DNA of 50,897 nucleotides from Candidatus Parcubacteria bacterium (GTDB lineage Bacteria > Patescibacteriota > Minisyncoccia > Phycocordibacterales > Zambryskibacteraceae). Position 1 is the stretch's first letter; every line of letters begins with the position of its first letter. The translations under genes and the position numbers were made by a program. The DNA is taken from assembly GCA_019661865.1 (NCBI GenBank), contig JAIFWJ010000002.1, forward strand, positions 1 through 50,897. The letters are read 5' to 3'. Under the pieces are notes generated by a model, which made no database searches, was not told the DNA's origin, and saw nothing but the letters and a program-made list of their open reading frames with translations. This document shows, one piece after another, positions 7,215 to 16,505 of this stretch.

Positions 7215-8744
7215 TTATCGAGCAAACTCAATAGCCCTGGCCTCACGGATTACATTAACTTTGATCTCTCCTGGGTACTTGAGCTCTCTTTCAATACGTA
7301 CAGCGATCTCTCGAGCAAGTTTCTTAGCCTCAAGATCACTAATCTTCTCAGGAATGACGAAAACTCTAATCTCTCGGCCAGCTTGTAAGGCGTAGGCTTT
7401 CTCCACTCCTTCGAAACTTCCTGCAATATGCTCCAAGTCCAGGAGACGCTTAAGATAATTCTCCACCGTGTCTCGCCTTGCTCCAGGTCTTCCACCAGAT
7501 ATAGCATCAGCAGTCTGCACGATTATGGACTCGACGGTTTCATAGGGATACTCACCATGGTGAGCTTGCATAGCTTTAATGATATCCTCCGAAACTCCGA
7601 ACTTTTGTAAAATTTTCCTTCCAATCTCCACATGAGTTCCTTGGACCTCGTGATCAAGCGCCTTACCGATGTCATGAAGTAGTGACCCGGTTTTAGCTAC
7701 AGCCACATTGGCTCCGAGCTCCTCGGCAATCATGCCGGAGAGATGGGCCATTTCTATGGAGTGCTCCAACACATTCTGTCCATATGATGTACGGAAATGA
7801 AGTCTGCCTAAGATAGCCAGAATCTTGGGATCCAAGTTATAAACTCCTGCCTCGAAGGCAGCAGCTTCACCTCTCTCCTTTATAATTTTATTTACTTCCA
7901 CACGGGCTTTATCCACGAACTCCTCAATCTTGGCTGGCTGGATGCGACCGTCTTGAATAAGATTATCAAGCGCGAGCTTGGCCACTGCACGACGTACTGG
8001 GTCGAATGAAGAAAGAGTGATAGAGCCCGGTGTATCATCAACTATCACTTCTACTCCTGTAGCCCGTTCGAAGGCTTTTATGTTCCTTCCTTCCTTACCG
8101 ATTATCTTTCCTTTAATTTCATCTGTAGGGAGGGGGACCGAGGTGGCCATAATCTCTCCAGAAACTGTAGTTGCGAGACGTTGTATAGCAGTAGCCAAGA
8201 TTTCCTGAGCACGAGAGGCAAGTTTCTCTTCACCTTGTGTCTCCAACTTCTGCATTCTCACTCTGAGATCCTCTTCGTTCTCTTCCTCTAAAGTTTTTAC
8301 CAGCTCATTTCGAGCTTCGTCTAAAGAGAGCTTGCTTATCCTTGAAAGTTCCTTAGTCCGTGCTGAAAGAAGCTTGTCAGCATCATCTCTAAGAGTCTCG
8401 ATCTCATCTATTCTTTCCTTTATAGCCTCAACCTCCTTATCGATATCAGTTTGGCGCTTATCTAAGAACTCTTCCTTTTTTATCAAACGATCTTCAGCTT
8501 TCTGAATTCTTTCCTCACGTTCGTGTATAGAAACTTCAGCCCTTTCTAAGACTTCCTTGGACTGCTCTTCCGCTTCATCTATGATTACCTGTGCTTCCTC
8601 GCGAGCCTTGAGCTCCATCTGCTTAATGTCTAGCTCCATGGAACCCTTCTTCCCGAGAGCAATTATAAGACGCAGCAAATACCCAAAGCCGATTCCGGCC
8701 GATGCGGATAGTAATGCTAAAAGTAGGGCAAGCTTAAGCGACAT
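7215..8744 (-). CDS. rny: Ribonuclease Y
   Basis: N-terminal TM, coiled coil, KH (KGKIIGKEGRNI), HD (LLHDIGK) and RPGARR. Confidence 0.97.
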   Translation of the reverse strand: MSLKLALLLALLSASAGIGFGYLLRLIIALGKKGSMELDIKQMELKAREEAQVIIDEAEEQSKEVLERAEVSIHEREERIQKAEDRLIKKEEFLDKRQTDIDKEVEAIKERIDEIETLRDDADKLLSARTKELSRISKLSLDEARNELVKTLEEENEEDLRVRMQKLETQGEEKLASRAQEILATAIQRLATTVSGEIMATSVPLPTDEIKGKIIGKEGRNIKAFERATGVEVIVDDTPGSITLSSFDPVRRAVAKLALDNLIQDGRIQPAKIEEFVDKARVEVNKIIKERGEAAAFEAGVYNLDPKILAILGRLHFRTSYGQNVLEHSIEMAHLSGMIAEELGANVAVAKTGSLLHDIGKALDHEVQGTHVEIGRKILQKFGVSEDIIKAMQAHHGEYPYETVESIIVQTADAISGGRPGARRDTVENYLKRLLDLEHIAGSFEGVEKAYALQAGREIRVFVIPEKISDLEAKKLAREIAVRIERELKYPGEIKVNVIREARAIEFAR

Positions 8745-8887
8745 TTAGGTCGATCCATCTGAGAAACGGGATATGTAGGTTTAGTCAGGCGGTAAGGTCG
8801 GGAAGGTCGGTAGGAACAACAAACGTTTCAAGTTTTATTACAATGGAACATCCACAGAGTACTACACCAAGGTATCCTTGTCTAGGA

Positions 8888-9463
8888 TTAGATAACTTTG
8901 TCTATAATTCCGTATTTCTTGGCCTCATCTGCACCCATAAAGAAGTCTCTATCCTCATCCTTTTCAACCTTAGATAGAGGCTGGTCAGTGGCTTCAGACA
9001 TCATTTTGGACAACCTTTTCTTGAGTCTTACATACCATTCTGCACGTATGGCAATATCTGAAGTCTGCCCCTCCGCGCCTCCGAGTGGTTGGTGGATCAT
9101 AATCTCCGAATTAGGTAGAGCAAAACGCTTACCCTTTTTACCATTGGCAAGGATATGGGCACCCTTGGATGCCGCCATTCCGTCACAAACCGTAGAAACA
9201 TCTGGCTTAATATGATTCATGGTGTCGATGATGGCGAGACCGGCAGTGACAGAGCCTCCGGGGGAGTTTATATATAGAGATATATCCTTCTTAGGATCTT
9301 CAGACTGGAGGAAGAGAAGTTGGGCAATGATGATGTTTGCAACATCGTCATCTATATGACCAGCAAGGAAAACAATACGCTCACGCAAGAGCCGCGAGTA
9401 TATGTCGTAGGCCCTCTCACCGAACTGACTCTTCTCTATAACCGTGGGGATTAAATATGCCAT
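8888..9463 (-). CDS. clpP: ATP-dependent Clp protease proteolytic subunit
   Basis: [21 protein letters not shown](K)GA, MIHQP and DRD motifs. Start set at MAYLIP. Confidence 0.95.
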   Translation of the reverse strand: MAYLIPTVIEKSQFGERAYDIYSRLLRERIVFLAGHIDDDVANIIIAQLLFLQSEDPKKDISLYINSPGGSVTAGLAIIDTMNHIKPDVSTVCDGMAASKGAHILANGKKGKRFALPNSEIMIHQPLGGAEGQTSDIAIRAEWYVRLKKRLSKMMSEATDQPLSKVEKDEDRDFFMGADEAKKYGIIDKVI

Positions 9464-9529
9464 TGGACCCATACAATATCTGAAACCTGATCTCAAATCA
9501 AGTATAAAAAATCCGCCTTGTTAGACGGA

Positions 9530-10792
9530 CTAAGGGAGGACAATAGCTGTCACTCTTCTGTTTTTCTCGAGCAGAGAAACAACCTCTCTAACATTCTCGA
9601 TTGTTAAAGACTGCCTTCGTTCCATCTCCTCAATAGATGAAATGATTCTGCCCCAATAGGTGAGGTCGTCCATTGAGTCAGATACCAAACTCTTTGCGTT
9701 CAAATCGGTTAGAGTATATGACTTCACCATCGAAGTTTTCTGCCGTTCGAAAGCATCGAGATCATTGACGACATCTTGAATGGACTTGTCGACTAGATCA
9801 TCGATGAGATCAGCACTTTCATGCTGAAATGAATCACACTCTATTTTAATTTCTCGAAGAAAGGTGTGGTTCCTACATCTCACACTCACATTGTATGTAA
9901 GGTTCTTTTCCTCTCTGATGCGCTTGAAGAGCAGAGGACGCAACATTAAAGCATACAGGAGAGGAGCGGTGTACTGCATTGTTCCAGGTAGAAGAGCGAA
10001 TGATGTATATGATCCAGTGGGCTTCCCATCTGAAACTCCAAGCTTCTCCTGCCGACTTACTCTGTACACAGACTGAAGTGGACTAGGAGCCTTATCTAGA
10101 GCTTCGGGAAGGGGATTTCTCTTCCCGGGTTTCTCAGCGGCCAATGGAGTAGTCGAAATGATTTTCACAAGTTCACGCAAATTCATTCCTCCCACGACTA
10201 CCATGCTCACATTTGCCGGGACATAGTGAGTGTCATAGTAAGTCTGAACATCCTTTTGCGTAAATCTTGAGATCGTTTCGGCATATCCAAGAGGACGTAA
10301 GTGTCTTGATCGATGGTGTCCATTGAATAAACTTCTTCCCACTTCGCGGATGAGGTCGAACTCCCAAGGAAACTGTGGTCTGGACCTTAGTTCTTCCTCG
10401 AGTACGATCTTCCTTTCTTTCTCCAACCCTTCACTCATCTCTTCTGTGAAAAGAAGATTACCAAGGATTGAGAAAGCGTTAAGTGCAGTTGAGGGATCGT
10501 TCGGGAGAGAACAGGTATAGCGTATGTATGGGAAAGCAGTAGCACCCAGAGTTACTTCTCCTCCATGCCGATCGAAAAACTTATCGACGAAATCAGATCC
10601 AGTGACTAAATTGGCTACCACCATGTGTTCTGTGAAATGAGCCAGACCTTCAAGATCACTCGGATCCTGGTCTGCACCACTGTGAACTTGAAAACCGACT
10701 CTGATCCATGGTCTATTTGGCCAGTGGGCACAATGAACCGTTAACCCGTTCGGAAGCACTTCTGTTTCGAATTCAGCATATGGATCCCACAC
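9530..10792 (-). CDS. M16 (insulinase) family zinc peptidase
   Basis: GLAHFTEHM (HxxEH) and LFKRIREEKNLTY motifs. GTG start with a GAGGTG SD. Confidence 0.9.
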   Translation of the reverse strand: MWDPYAEFETEVLPNGLTVHCAHWPNRPWIRVGFQVHSGADQDPSDLEGLAHFTEHMVVANLVTGSDFVDKFFDRHGGEVTLGATAFPYIRYTCSLPNDPSTALNAFSILGNLLFTEEMSEGLEKERKIVLEEELRSRPQFPWEFDLIREVGRSLFNGHHRSRHLRPLGYAETISRFTQKDVQTYYDTHYVPANVSMVVVGGMNLRELVKIISTTPLAAEKPGKRNPLPEALDKAPSPLQSVYRVSRQEKLGVSDGKPTGSYTSFALLPGTMQYTAPLLYALMLRPLLFKRIREEKNLTYNVSVRCRNHTFLREIKIECDSFQHESADLIDDLVDKSIQDVVNDLDAFERQKTSMVKSYTLTDLNAKSLVSDSMDDLTYWGRIISSIEEMERRQSLTIENVREVVSLLEKNRRVTAIVLP

Positions 10793-10842
10793 TTTTCACC
10801 TCACGATTGTTGTTTAGGAACTGTTTCCAGCTTGAGAATGCA

Positions 10843-11817
10843 CTATATTTTAGTATCAGTCAAACTCTCTAGGAACTCTAGAACTTTCTGGTTACGGAGA
10901 AGTCCGTATACATATATACGTGCACGGAGAGGATCAGCGTCAGGGTAGTGGGAGAGAAGATGCTTTACTTCGTGTTCAAGATCTTCTACAGATGGTTCAA
11001 TCTTCTCAGTCTCAGCAATTTTCATAATAATAAGTTCTGCCTTGGCTCTATCCTTAGCCTTCTCGAACCATTCTCCACGGATTTCATCTTCGCTCTTCTT
11101 TATAGACTCAAGATATTTCTCCCAGGTGAGACCCAGACGCACTACATCATCCTTAAACTGTCCCATCATCTTCTCGAGTTCACTTATCACCAAGACCTGA
11201 GGGAGTGGGATCTCCGTCGACTTCACAAGTTTCTCTACAATCTCCATGCGATGTTTCTCTTTAATCCGAAGTTTCTTTTCATTTAAAATATTTTCTTTAA
11301 CTTTCTCATTTAGATTCTCTCCTTCTTTCACATCCGGCTTCCAGTCTCTCTTCTTTATCTCCTCCAACACATCTTCCACTTCTTTATCTGTTACTTCCAT
11401 ATCCTTCTCATCAACCTTCGTCTTGCGAGCAAGATTTTTATAATCAGGAAGTGTAAACTCCGGTTCAAGAGAAACTTTAATCTTAAATTCTAAAGGAATA
11501 CCTGGTGCGATCTTAGTAATAGATATCTCCGGGCGACCGATGGGGGAAAGCTTGGCTTCTTTCATTATTTCTCCATAGGCATCTCCTAGAGCAACCTCCG
11601 CAGTCTCTTCTACTATCTTCATCTCACCAAGATTCTTCACAAGAACATCTTCAGGTACCTTGCCGGATCTAAAGCCGGGAATGTTGGCTCGGTCGTTTAA
11701 AGACTTGAGAGCTTTTTTCCTCGACTCGTTTAAGAACTCGAGAGTTATCTCTCCAGTAACTTGTGCCTCTGAAGCTGAGGCGAGTTTCTCTATCTTCAGT
11801 CTTTCGAACTGTTTCAT
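10843..11817 (-). CDS. tig: Trigger factor lacking the PPIase domain
   Basis: IPGFRSGKVP ribosome-binding signature and C-terminal domain present. Only 324 aa. Confidence 0.92.
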   Translation of the reverse strand: MKQFERLKIEKLASASEAQVTGEITLEFLNESRKKALKSLNDRANIPGFRSGKVPEDVLVKNLGEMKIVEETAEVALGDAYGEIMKEAKLSPIGRPEISITKIAPGIPLEFKIKVSLEPEFTLPDYKNLARKTKVDEKDMEVTDKEVEDVLEEIKKRDWKPDVKEGENLNEKVKENILNEKKLRIKEKHRMEIVEKLVKSTEIPLPQVLVISELEKMMGQFKDDVVRLGLTWEKYLESIKKSEDEIRGEWFEKAKDRAKAELIIMKIAETEKIEPSVEDLEHEVKHLLSHYPDADPLRARIYVYGLLRNQKVLEFLESLTDTKI

Positions 11818-11853
11818 TGTTAAACCAACTTATATTAGACAGAAGAAAATTGC

Positions 11854-11893
11854 AAACAAAAAGCCCTTCGACTAACTCAAGGACTTTTTGTTT
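11854..11893 (-). terminator. Terminator-like inverted repeat
   Basis: AAACAAAAAGCCCTT...AAGGACTTTTTGTTT downstream of the 11915 ORF. Confidence 0.6.
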
Positions 11894-11914
11894 CAACGTA
11901 TAAGATTACTAAAG

Positions 11915-12220
11915 TTACGAAGCGTTGATTTCGGCGTCTAGGTTATTGGTGTCAGTGTTGTTTAGATCTGTTTGGATCGAAGTTGAGTTGAGAGGAGAAG
12001 ATTGATTCACCGATGAAGAATTCGAGTCAGGAGTTGGTGCAGTAGAATTTCTCTGGCCCCAGAAGTAGAGACCGCCCAAGATAATCACTGCCAGGATAAT
12101 AACTGTGGCAGCTATAGGTCCCCATGAGCTCTCATGATGCGGAGCGGGCATGTTGTAGTTGGGCCTTTGAGGTGCAGGTGACTGAGGCATCTGGTAGTTG
12201 GGCTGATTGTTTGGCTCCAT
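11915..12220 (-). CDS. Hypothetical small membrane protein
   Basis: Pro/Gln-rich N-terminus, one TM helix, Ser/Asn/Thr-rich tail. Confidence 0.75.
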   Translation of the reverse strand: MEPNNQPNYQMPQSPAPQRPNYNMPAPHHESSWGPIAATVIILAVIILGGLYFWGQRNSTAPTPDSNSSSVNQSSPLNSTSIQTDLNNTDTNNLDAEINAS

Positions 12221-12238
12221 AGTTTTAAGTGTTAATTA

Positions 12239-12835
12239 TTAATCGTTATGTTTCTCTCTTTGATCTCTTTGATCCTTAAAGTAACTCCTAAATAATTCTA
12301 CTATCTTAAGTAAGTTCTTGCGAGCAGACTCTATGGAAGTCTTAGCTGCACGAGCCTCAACTCTTATAGTTTCGAAGTTGGTCTTAAGAGTAGTGGTGCT
12401 CGTAGTACTAGAGAAGTTTAATGACTGAATGTTTGCAATGTGACCTCGGGCGTCAGTAATGTTCGCCTTCGCAGCATTCAAGAGCCCTTGAGGAGTAGTA
12501 GTACCGACAGCCGCTGAGGTAGAAGCAAGGCTTGTCTCGATGCGACCTATAATACTATCCAGTCTACCTACTGCAGCATTCAACATATTTACAGTTGCTG
12601 CTACGCGCATCTTAGTTTCAGCCACTTTAAAGTCCTGTTTATTCTCCTTAAGTTGCTCCTTCAACTCCTCTCTCGAGGCTTTCGACTGTTCTAGGATCCT
12701 CTTAAGTTCAGGCTTAACACCTTGAGTAGTAGTGCTGGTGCCTCTACCGCCATCTTCTGCTCTTACTAGAGCTGGGCTAACTAGAGCCGTAATAAGAAGA
12801 ACGGGGAGAATAGCAGGGATAAATTTTCGAATCAT
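12239..12835 (-). CDS. Hypothetical exported coiled-coil protein
   Basis: Signal peptide ending VRA-E and heptad-like helical body. Confidence 0.78.
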   Translation of the reverse strand: MIRKFIPAILPVLLITALVSPALVRAEDGGRGTSTTTQGVKPELKRILEQSKASREELKEQLKENKQDFKVAETKMRVAATVNMLNAAVGRLDSIIGRIETSLASTSAAVGTTTPQGLLNAAKANITDARGHIANIQSLNFSSTTSTTTLKTNFETIRVEARAAKTSIESARKNLLKIVELFRSYFKDQRDQREKHND

Positions 12836-12880
12836 TCTAAGCTTGAGTTTAATGGTAATCTCTATGCCGTATCCGAAGAG

Positions 12881-13408
12881 TTAAATTTTACCATATTTAG
12901 ACTTATAGAGTGCCAGACCTTCCTCGAAGGCTTTTTCAGCCTCAAGACGACCATCTGTACCGTTTATAACTACTTCCTTGTTCTGTAACTTCTTGTAAGT
13001 AATGAAAAAGTGCTCAATTTCTTTTAGAGTGTGCTTATTTATATCCTCCAAATCCTTCGTATCGTTAAAACGTGGGTCATCTACTGGTACTGCAATAATC
13101 TTCTCATCTTTCTCACCCCCATCAACCATATGTATAACTGCTAGTGGACGAGCTTTAACCAAGATTCCAGGGAAAAGTGGATAAGTAGTAAGTAGGACCA
13201 CATCTAGAGGATCATTGTCATGCCAAAGAGACTGAGGGATAAATCCGTAATCGAACGGATAATCCTGGGCAGTATGAAGAACTCTATCGAGTGCTATGAG
13301 TCCAGTCTTCTTGTCTACTTCGTACTTATTCTTGGATCCTTTGTTTATCTCAATGATGACATTCATTTCATCTTTCGAGCCGGGATCTATTTCGTGCCAA
13401 AGATTCAT
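12881..13408 (-). CDS. ppa: Family I inorganic pyrophosphatase
   Basis: KNKYE, LDRVL, YGFIP and DNDPLDV motifs. Confidence 0.97.
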   Translation of the reverse strand: MNLWHEIDPGSKDEMNVIIEINKGSKNKYEVDKKTGLIALDRVLHTAQDYPFDYGFIPQSLWHDNDPLDVVLLTTYPLFPGILVKARPLAVIHMVDGGEKDEKIIAVPVDDPRFNDTKDLEDINKHTLKEIEHFFITYKKLQNKEVVINGTDGRLEAEKAFEEGLALYKSKYGKI

Positions 13409-13425
13409 GATCTTATATTATCAGA

Positions 13426-14559
13426 TTATTCTAAGTTTCCTGGAACCTCAGCACTTGCGAGTTCAACACCTTTAGCAGATTCAATATCGATCTTCCAACC
13501 AGTGAGCTTGGCTGCCAGTCTCACATTCTGTCCGCCCTTGCCTATGGCAAGTGACTGTTGATCTTCTGCCACATGAACCTTAGCTGCCTTCTCGGCATCA
13601 TTTACATCTATATCCATGACCTTGGCAGGAGAAAGTGCTTCCTCTATAAACTTCTTTGGATCTTCATTCCATTCCACTACATCTATCTTCTCACCACGAA
13701 GTTCAGACATCACAGTAGAGACTCTCACTCCTCTCTGACCGACAAGTGCACCAACAGGATCAATGTGTGAGTCGAGTGCAAGAGCCGCAATCTTAGATCT
13801 GTAACCTGCCTCACGTGCGATAGCCTTTATGACGACTGCTCCATTCTGGAGTTCAGGTGCCTCGGCTTCAAACAATTTCTCTAAGAATTTAGGATGAGAG
13901 CGGGAGAGACGAAGGAATACTCCTCTTGGAGACTCCTCTACTCTATATAAGTATGCACGGACTCTTTCACCCTGTGAGAATCTCTCACCAGGAATCTGCT
14001 CTTCGTAAGGAAGAAGTCCTGTAGCACGTCCCATGTCGACGAATATATTGCCACGCTCAATGCGCTGCACTGTGCCGGAGACAATGTCACCCTCTCGCTT
14101 GCCGAATTCATTGACTACAGAAACTTTCTCGGCTTCGCGGATCTTCTGCATGATCACCTGTTTGGCTGTCTGAGCGGCGATGCGACCGTAGTCACCCTTG
14201 GATTCAATTGGGAAGACAATCTCTTCATCGAGTTGAGCATCACGCTTAATCTTTCTGGCATCTTCTATGAGTATGTGGTGCTCTGGGTTGTAGAGAACCC
14301 TTTCATCACCTTCTGCGAGCTCTGCATCTTCGTCGAAGTAGACGCGAGTCTCATCTACGACAATCTTCACCTGGAAGAAGTTAGTCTCGCCATTACGAAT
14401 ATCAAATGTAGCTCTGACGATCTGACCCTTCTTGCCGTACTCCTTCTTATATGCAGTGGCGAGAGCTGCTTCAATAGCCTCGATAATCTTCTCACGAGGA
14501 ATACCGCGAACTTCTTCGAGTTCGCCCAGGACTGAATTTATGACTTTTAGATCAAACAT
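13426..14559 (-). CDS. nusA: Transcription termination/antitermination factor NusA
   Basis: GRIAAQTAKQVI, S1 domain, AREAGYRSK and AIGKGGQNVRLAAKLTGW. Confidence 0.98.
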   Translation of the reverse strand: MFDLKVINSVLGELEEVRGIPREKIIEAIEAALATAYKKEYGKKGQIVRATFDIRNGETNFFQVKIVVDETRVYFDEDAELAEGDERVLYNPEHHILIEDARKIKRDAQLDEEIVFPIESKGDYGRIAAQTAKQVIMQKIREAEKVSVVNEFGKREGDIVSGTVQRIERGNIFVDMGRATGLLPYEEQIPGERFSQGERVRAYLYRVEESPRGVFLRLSRSHPKFLEKLFEAEAPELQNGAVVIKAIAREAGYRSKIAALALDSHIDPVGALVGQRGVRVSTVMSELRGEKIDVVEWNEDPKKFIEEALSPAKVMDIDVNDAEKAAKVHVAEDQQSLAIGKGGQNVRLAAKLTGWKIDIESAKGVELASAEVPGNLE

Positions 14560-14577
14560 ATATATTTATTTTACGAA

Positions 14578-14603
14578 ACGGGCCCGCCTTTCGGCGAACC
14601 CGT
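14578..14603 (-). promoter_or_regulatory. GC-rich hairpin in the nusA 5' leader
   Basis: Minus strand ACGGGTTCGCC-GAAA-GGCGGGCCCGT followed by TTCGT. Confidence 0.6.
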
Positions 14604-14625
14604 CCCAAGCACTTATTACCTCTAT

Positions 14626-14655
14626 ATTATATACCTAACAGCTAGAATTTGTCAA
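14626..14655 (-). promoter_or_regulatory. Sigma70 promoter of nusA
   Basis: TTGACA-18 bp-TATAAT on the minus strand. Confidence 0.75.
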
Positions 14656-14679
14656 ATAGATAAATAAAACACCTCGCTG

Positions 14680-14856
14680 TTACGAAGTGTGTGGAACTTG
14701 ATATGATGTGAGTTCAGTGCGACATGTACTGCAGAGCTTGAGGTGCTTCACCTCGTAAGGATGAGGATTTCGACGCTTTGCTATTTCCTCGAGTCGCTTC
14801 TCAGATATGCACGTCTCTTCATCAGGCTTGTGAGTCGAGGTTGTTGGTCTCGTCAT
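14680..14856 (-). CDS. 58-aa protein with an HxxxCxxC (ZAS/zf-HC2-like) zinc motif
   Basis: MTRPTT...CISEKRLEE...HLKLCSTCR. GAGGAG SD 5 nt before ATG 14856. Confidence 0.55.
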   Translation of the reverse strand: MTRPTTSTHKPDEETCISEKRLEEIAKRRNPHPYEVKHLKLCSTCRTELTSYQVPHTS

Positions 14857-14931
14857 ACACGCTCCTCTGTCCGGGTCTATAGCCACCCTATCACTTAAAA
14901 ATCTTATTGCAATTATTCTCTAATATTTTAT

Positions 14932-15674
14932 TTATTTCCTTCTGGAATGAAATTTCTTGTGTGTTTCGCGCAGTCCTTTGTCTGTAAGGTGAGTGTAGAT
15001 CTGTGTAGTAGAAATATTTGCATGTCCAAGAAGCATTTGCACACTTCTGAGATCTGCACCGTTCGAAAGTAAGTCAGTGGCGAATGAGTGACGGATAACG
15101 TGCGGAGTAACCTTCTTACTGATACCAGCTTTTATGGCGTACCGTTTCACTAGTCTCTCTATAGAGCGAGTAGTGAGACGTGTCGGTGCAGTCTTCTTCG
15201 CATCACGCACTATGTTTACAAACATTGCATCCTCTAGATCATTTCTTTTTTTCAAATAATTTTTCACGGCATCACGAGCCTCTCCTGAAATAAATACCAC
15301 GCGCACTTTCTCTCCCTTACCACGCACAGAAAACTCGTCTCTATCAATGTCTAAGTCTCGCGAGAGGGAAGCGAGCTCAGAGACACGCAGCCCAGTAGAG
15401 AAGAGAAGTTCGAGCATGGCTTTATCGCGCAGCCCCTGGAGAGTGGTGACATCAGGCGCATTAAGTAAGCGCGTAAGTTCTTCAAGCGAGATAAGGTCGA
15501 GTGAACGCTCACTAACTTTCGCCAATTCTATGGTCTCGGGGGAGACCGAGATTCTAAAAACCTTGTGAGATACCTGTTGTAGTTCTCGACTGTCTTAAGA
15601 GACCGACCGCGTTCTATCTCGGTATTTTCAAGGAACTCACGCTTCAAAGTTTCTAATTCGTTCGTAGAGGTCAT
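14932..15674 (-). pseudogene. XerC/XerD-type tyrosine recombinase, frameshifted with an internal deletion
   Basis: Frame 1 from ATG 15674 reads MTSTNELETLKREFLENTEIERGRSLKTVENYNRYLTRFLE and then stops. A different frame carries SVSPETIELAKV...TGLRVSEL...GKGEK...PHVIRHSFAT...LGHANISTTQIY. Confidence 0.8.
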
Positions 15675-15768
15675 GTCGCACAACATTATAGCATTTGCAT
15701 TTTAGACCTCTCGGGAATAAGGTGAGGAGAGAGATCCTGGACCAGTTCTATTCCACTCGTGAGGAACT

Positions 15769-16134
15769 ATGACTACCGCATCCGCACCAGAGGTCAAAAA
15801 GTACAAGCCGGAAAACCTATTCTTTTACAGGGACCTTCGGGAACGCTGTCTCAAAGCCGTCGAGGGGCCCCCTGCTTTGACCCCAGAGGAGGCGACCAGA
15901 AACACAGAATTCCTCCGGGCATACGAAAGAATCGAAACGATCAGATACTTTGGCAAAAGTGGCTTCCTGGCTCCAGCAATGGCGGAGAGTTTGTACCATG
16001 ATGTCCAGGCGCTCGTTGTTGAACTCCGGAGCATTGCCTCAGACAGAAGGAGTGGCACTGATTTCCGCTTCGCCATTATTCTTTCCAATCTCCAAGCTCT
16101 CCACTTGGAGAACGATAGGGTCTCGACGAGGTGA
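15769..16134 (+). CDS. Hypothetical protein (orphan-like)
   Basis: 121 aa, ATG with GAGGA SD, fills the xer-rpsO gap. Confidence 0.6.
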   Translation: MTTASAPEVKKYKPENLFFYRDLRERCLKAVEGPPALTPEEATRNTEFLRAYERIETIRYFGKSGFLAPAMAESLYHDVQALVVELRSIASDRRSGTDFRFAIILSNLQALHLENDRVSTR

Positions 16135-16177
16135 ACCAACTGCATTGGATCCTCATCCATGCAGTTTTTATTTAGAC

Positions 16178-16206
16178 TTGCAAAAGGGGAGGGAACGTGC
16201 TATTGT
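16178..16206 (+). promoter_or_regulatory. Sigma70 promoter of rpsO (leaderless geometry)
   Basis: TTGCAA-17 bp-TATTGT, then 6 nt to GTG. Confidence 0.6.
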
Positions 16207-16212
16207 ACTGAC

Positions 16213-16485
16213 GTGATTTCAAAGACCAAAAAAGCCCGCATTCTAAAAGGAGCCCAAGTTCACGAAAAGGACTCAGGCTCTCCAGAAGTGCAAATTTCAA
16301 TATTAACTGCGCGTATAGATGAGCTAGCAGCTCATCTCAAGAAGCATAATAAGGACAATCACTCACGCCGTGGACTACTTGGCCTCGTGGCTAGTCGTCA
16401 GGCACATATGAAATATCTAGAGAAGAAGAATCCCAAGCGCTACGCAAGCTTAGTAAAGAAGCTCGGTCTGAAGAAATCCGTCTAA
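16213..16485 (+). CDS. rpsO: 30S ribosomal protein S15
   Basis: DSGSPEVQISILT...HLKKHNKDNHSRRGLL. GTG start. Confidence 0.96.
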   Translation: MISKTKKARILKGAQVHEKDSGSPEVQISILTARIDELAAHLKKHNKDNHSRRGLLGLVASRQAHMKYLEKKNPKRYASLVKKLGLKKSV

Positions 16486-16505
16486 CAGTTTCAAATTTAA
16501 TTTTA

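Noticed and set aside
8785-8815. SRP RNA, suggested by AGGTCGGGAAGG
   Set aside because: No AGCAG motif or flanking helix; better explained as leader repeats.
14932-16134. Tyrosine recombinase plus orphan ORFs as a prophage or integrative element
   Set aside because: The sequence is chromosomal Xer-like, with no att repeats or phage genes, and is flanked by nusA and rpsO.
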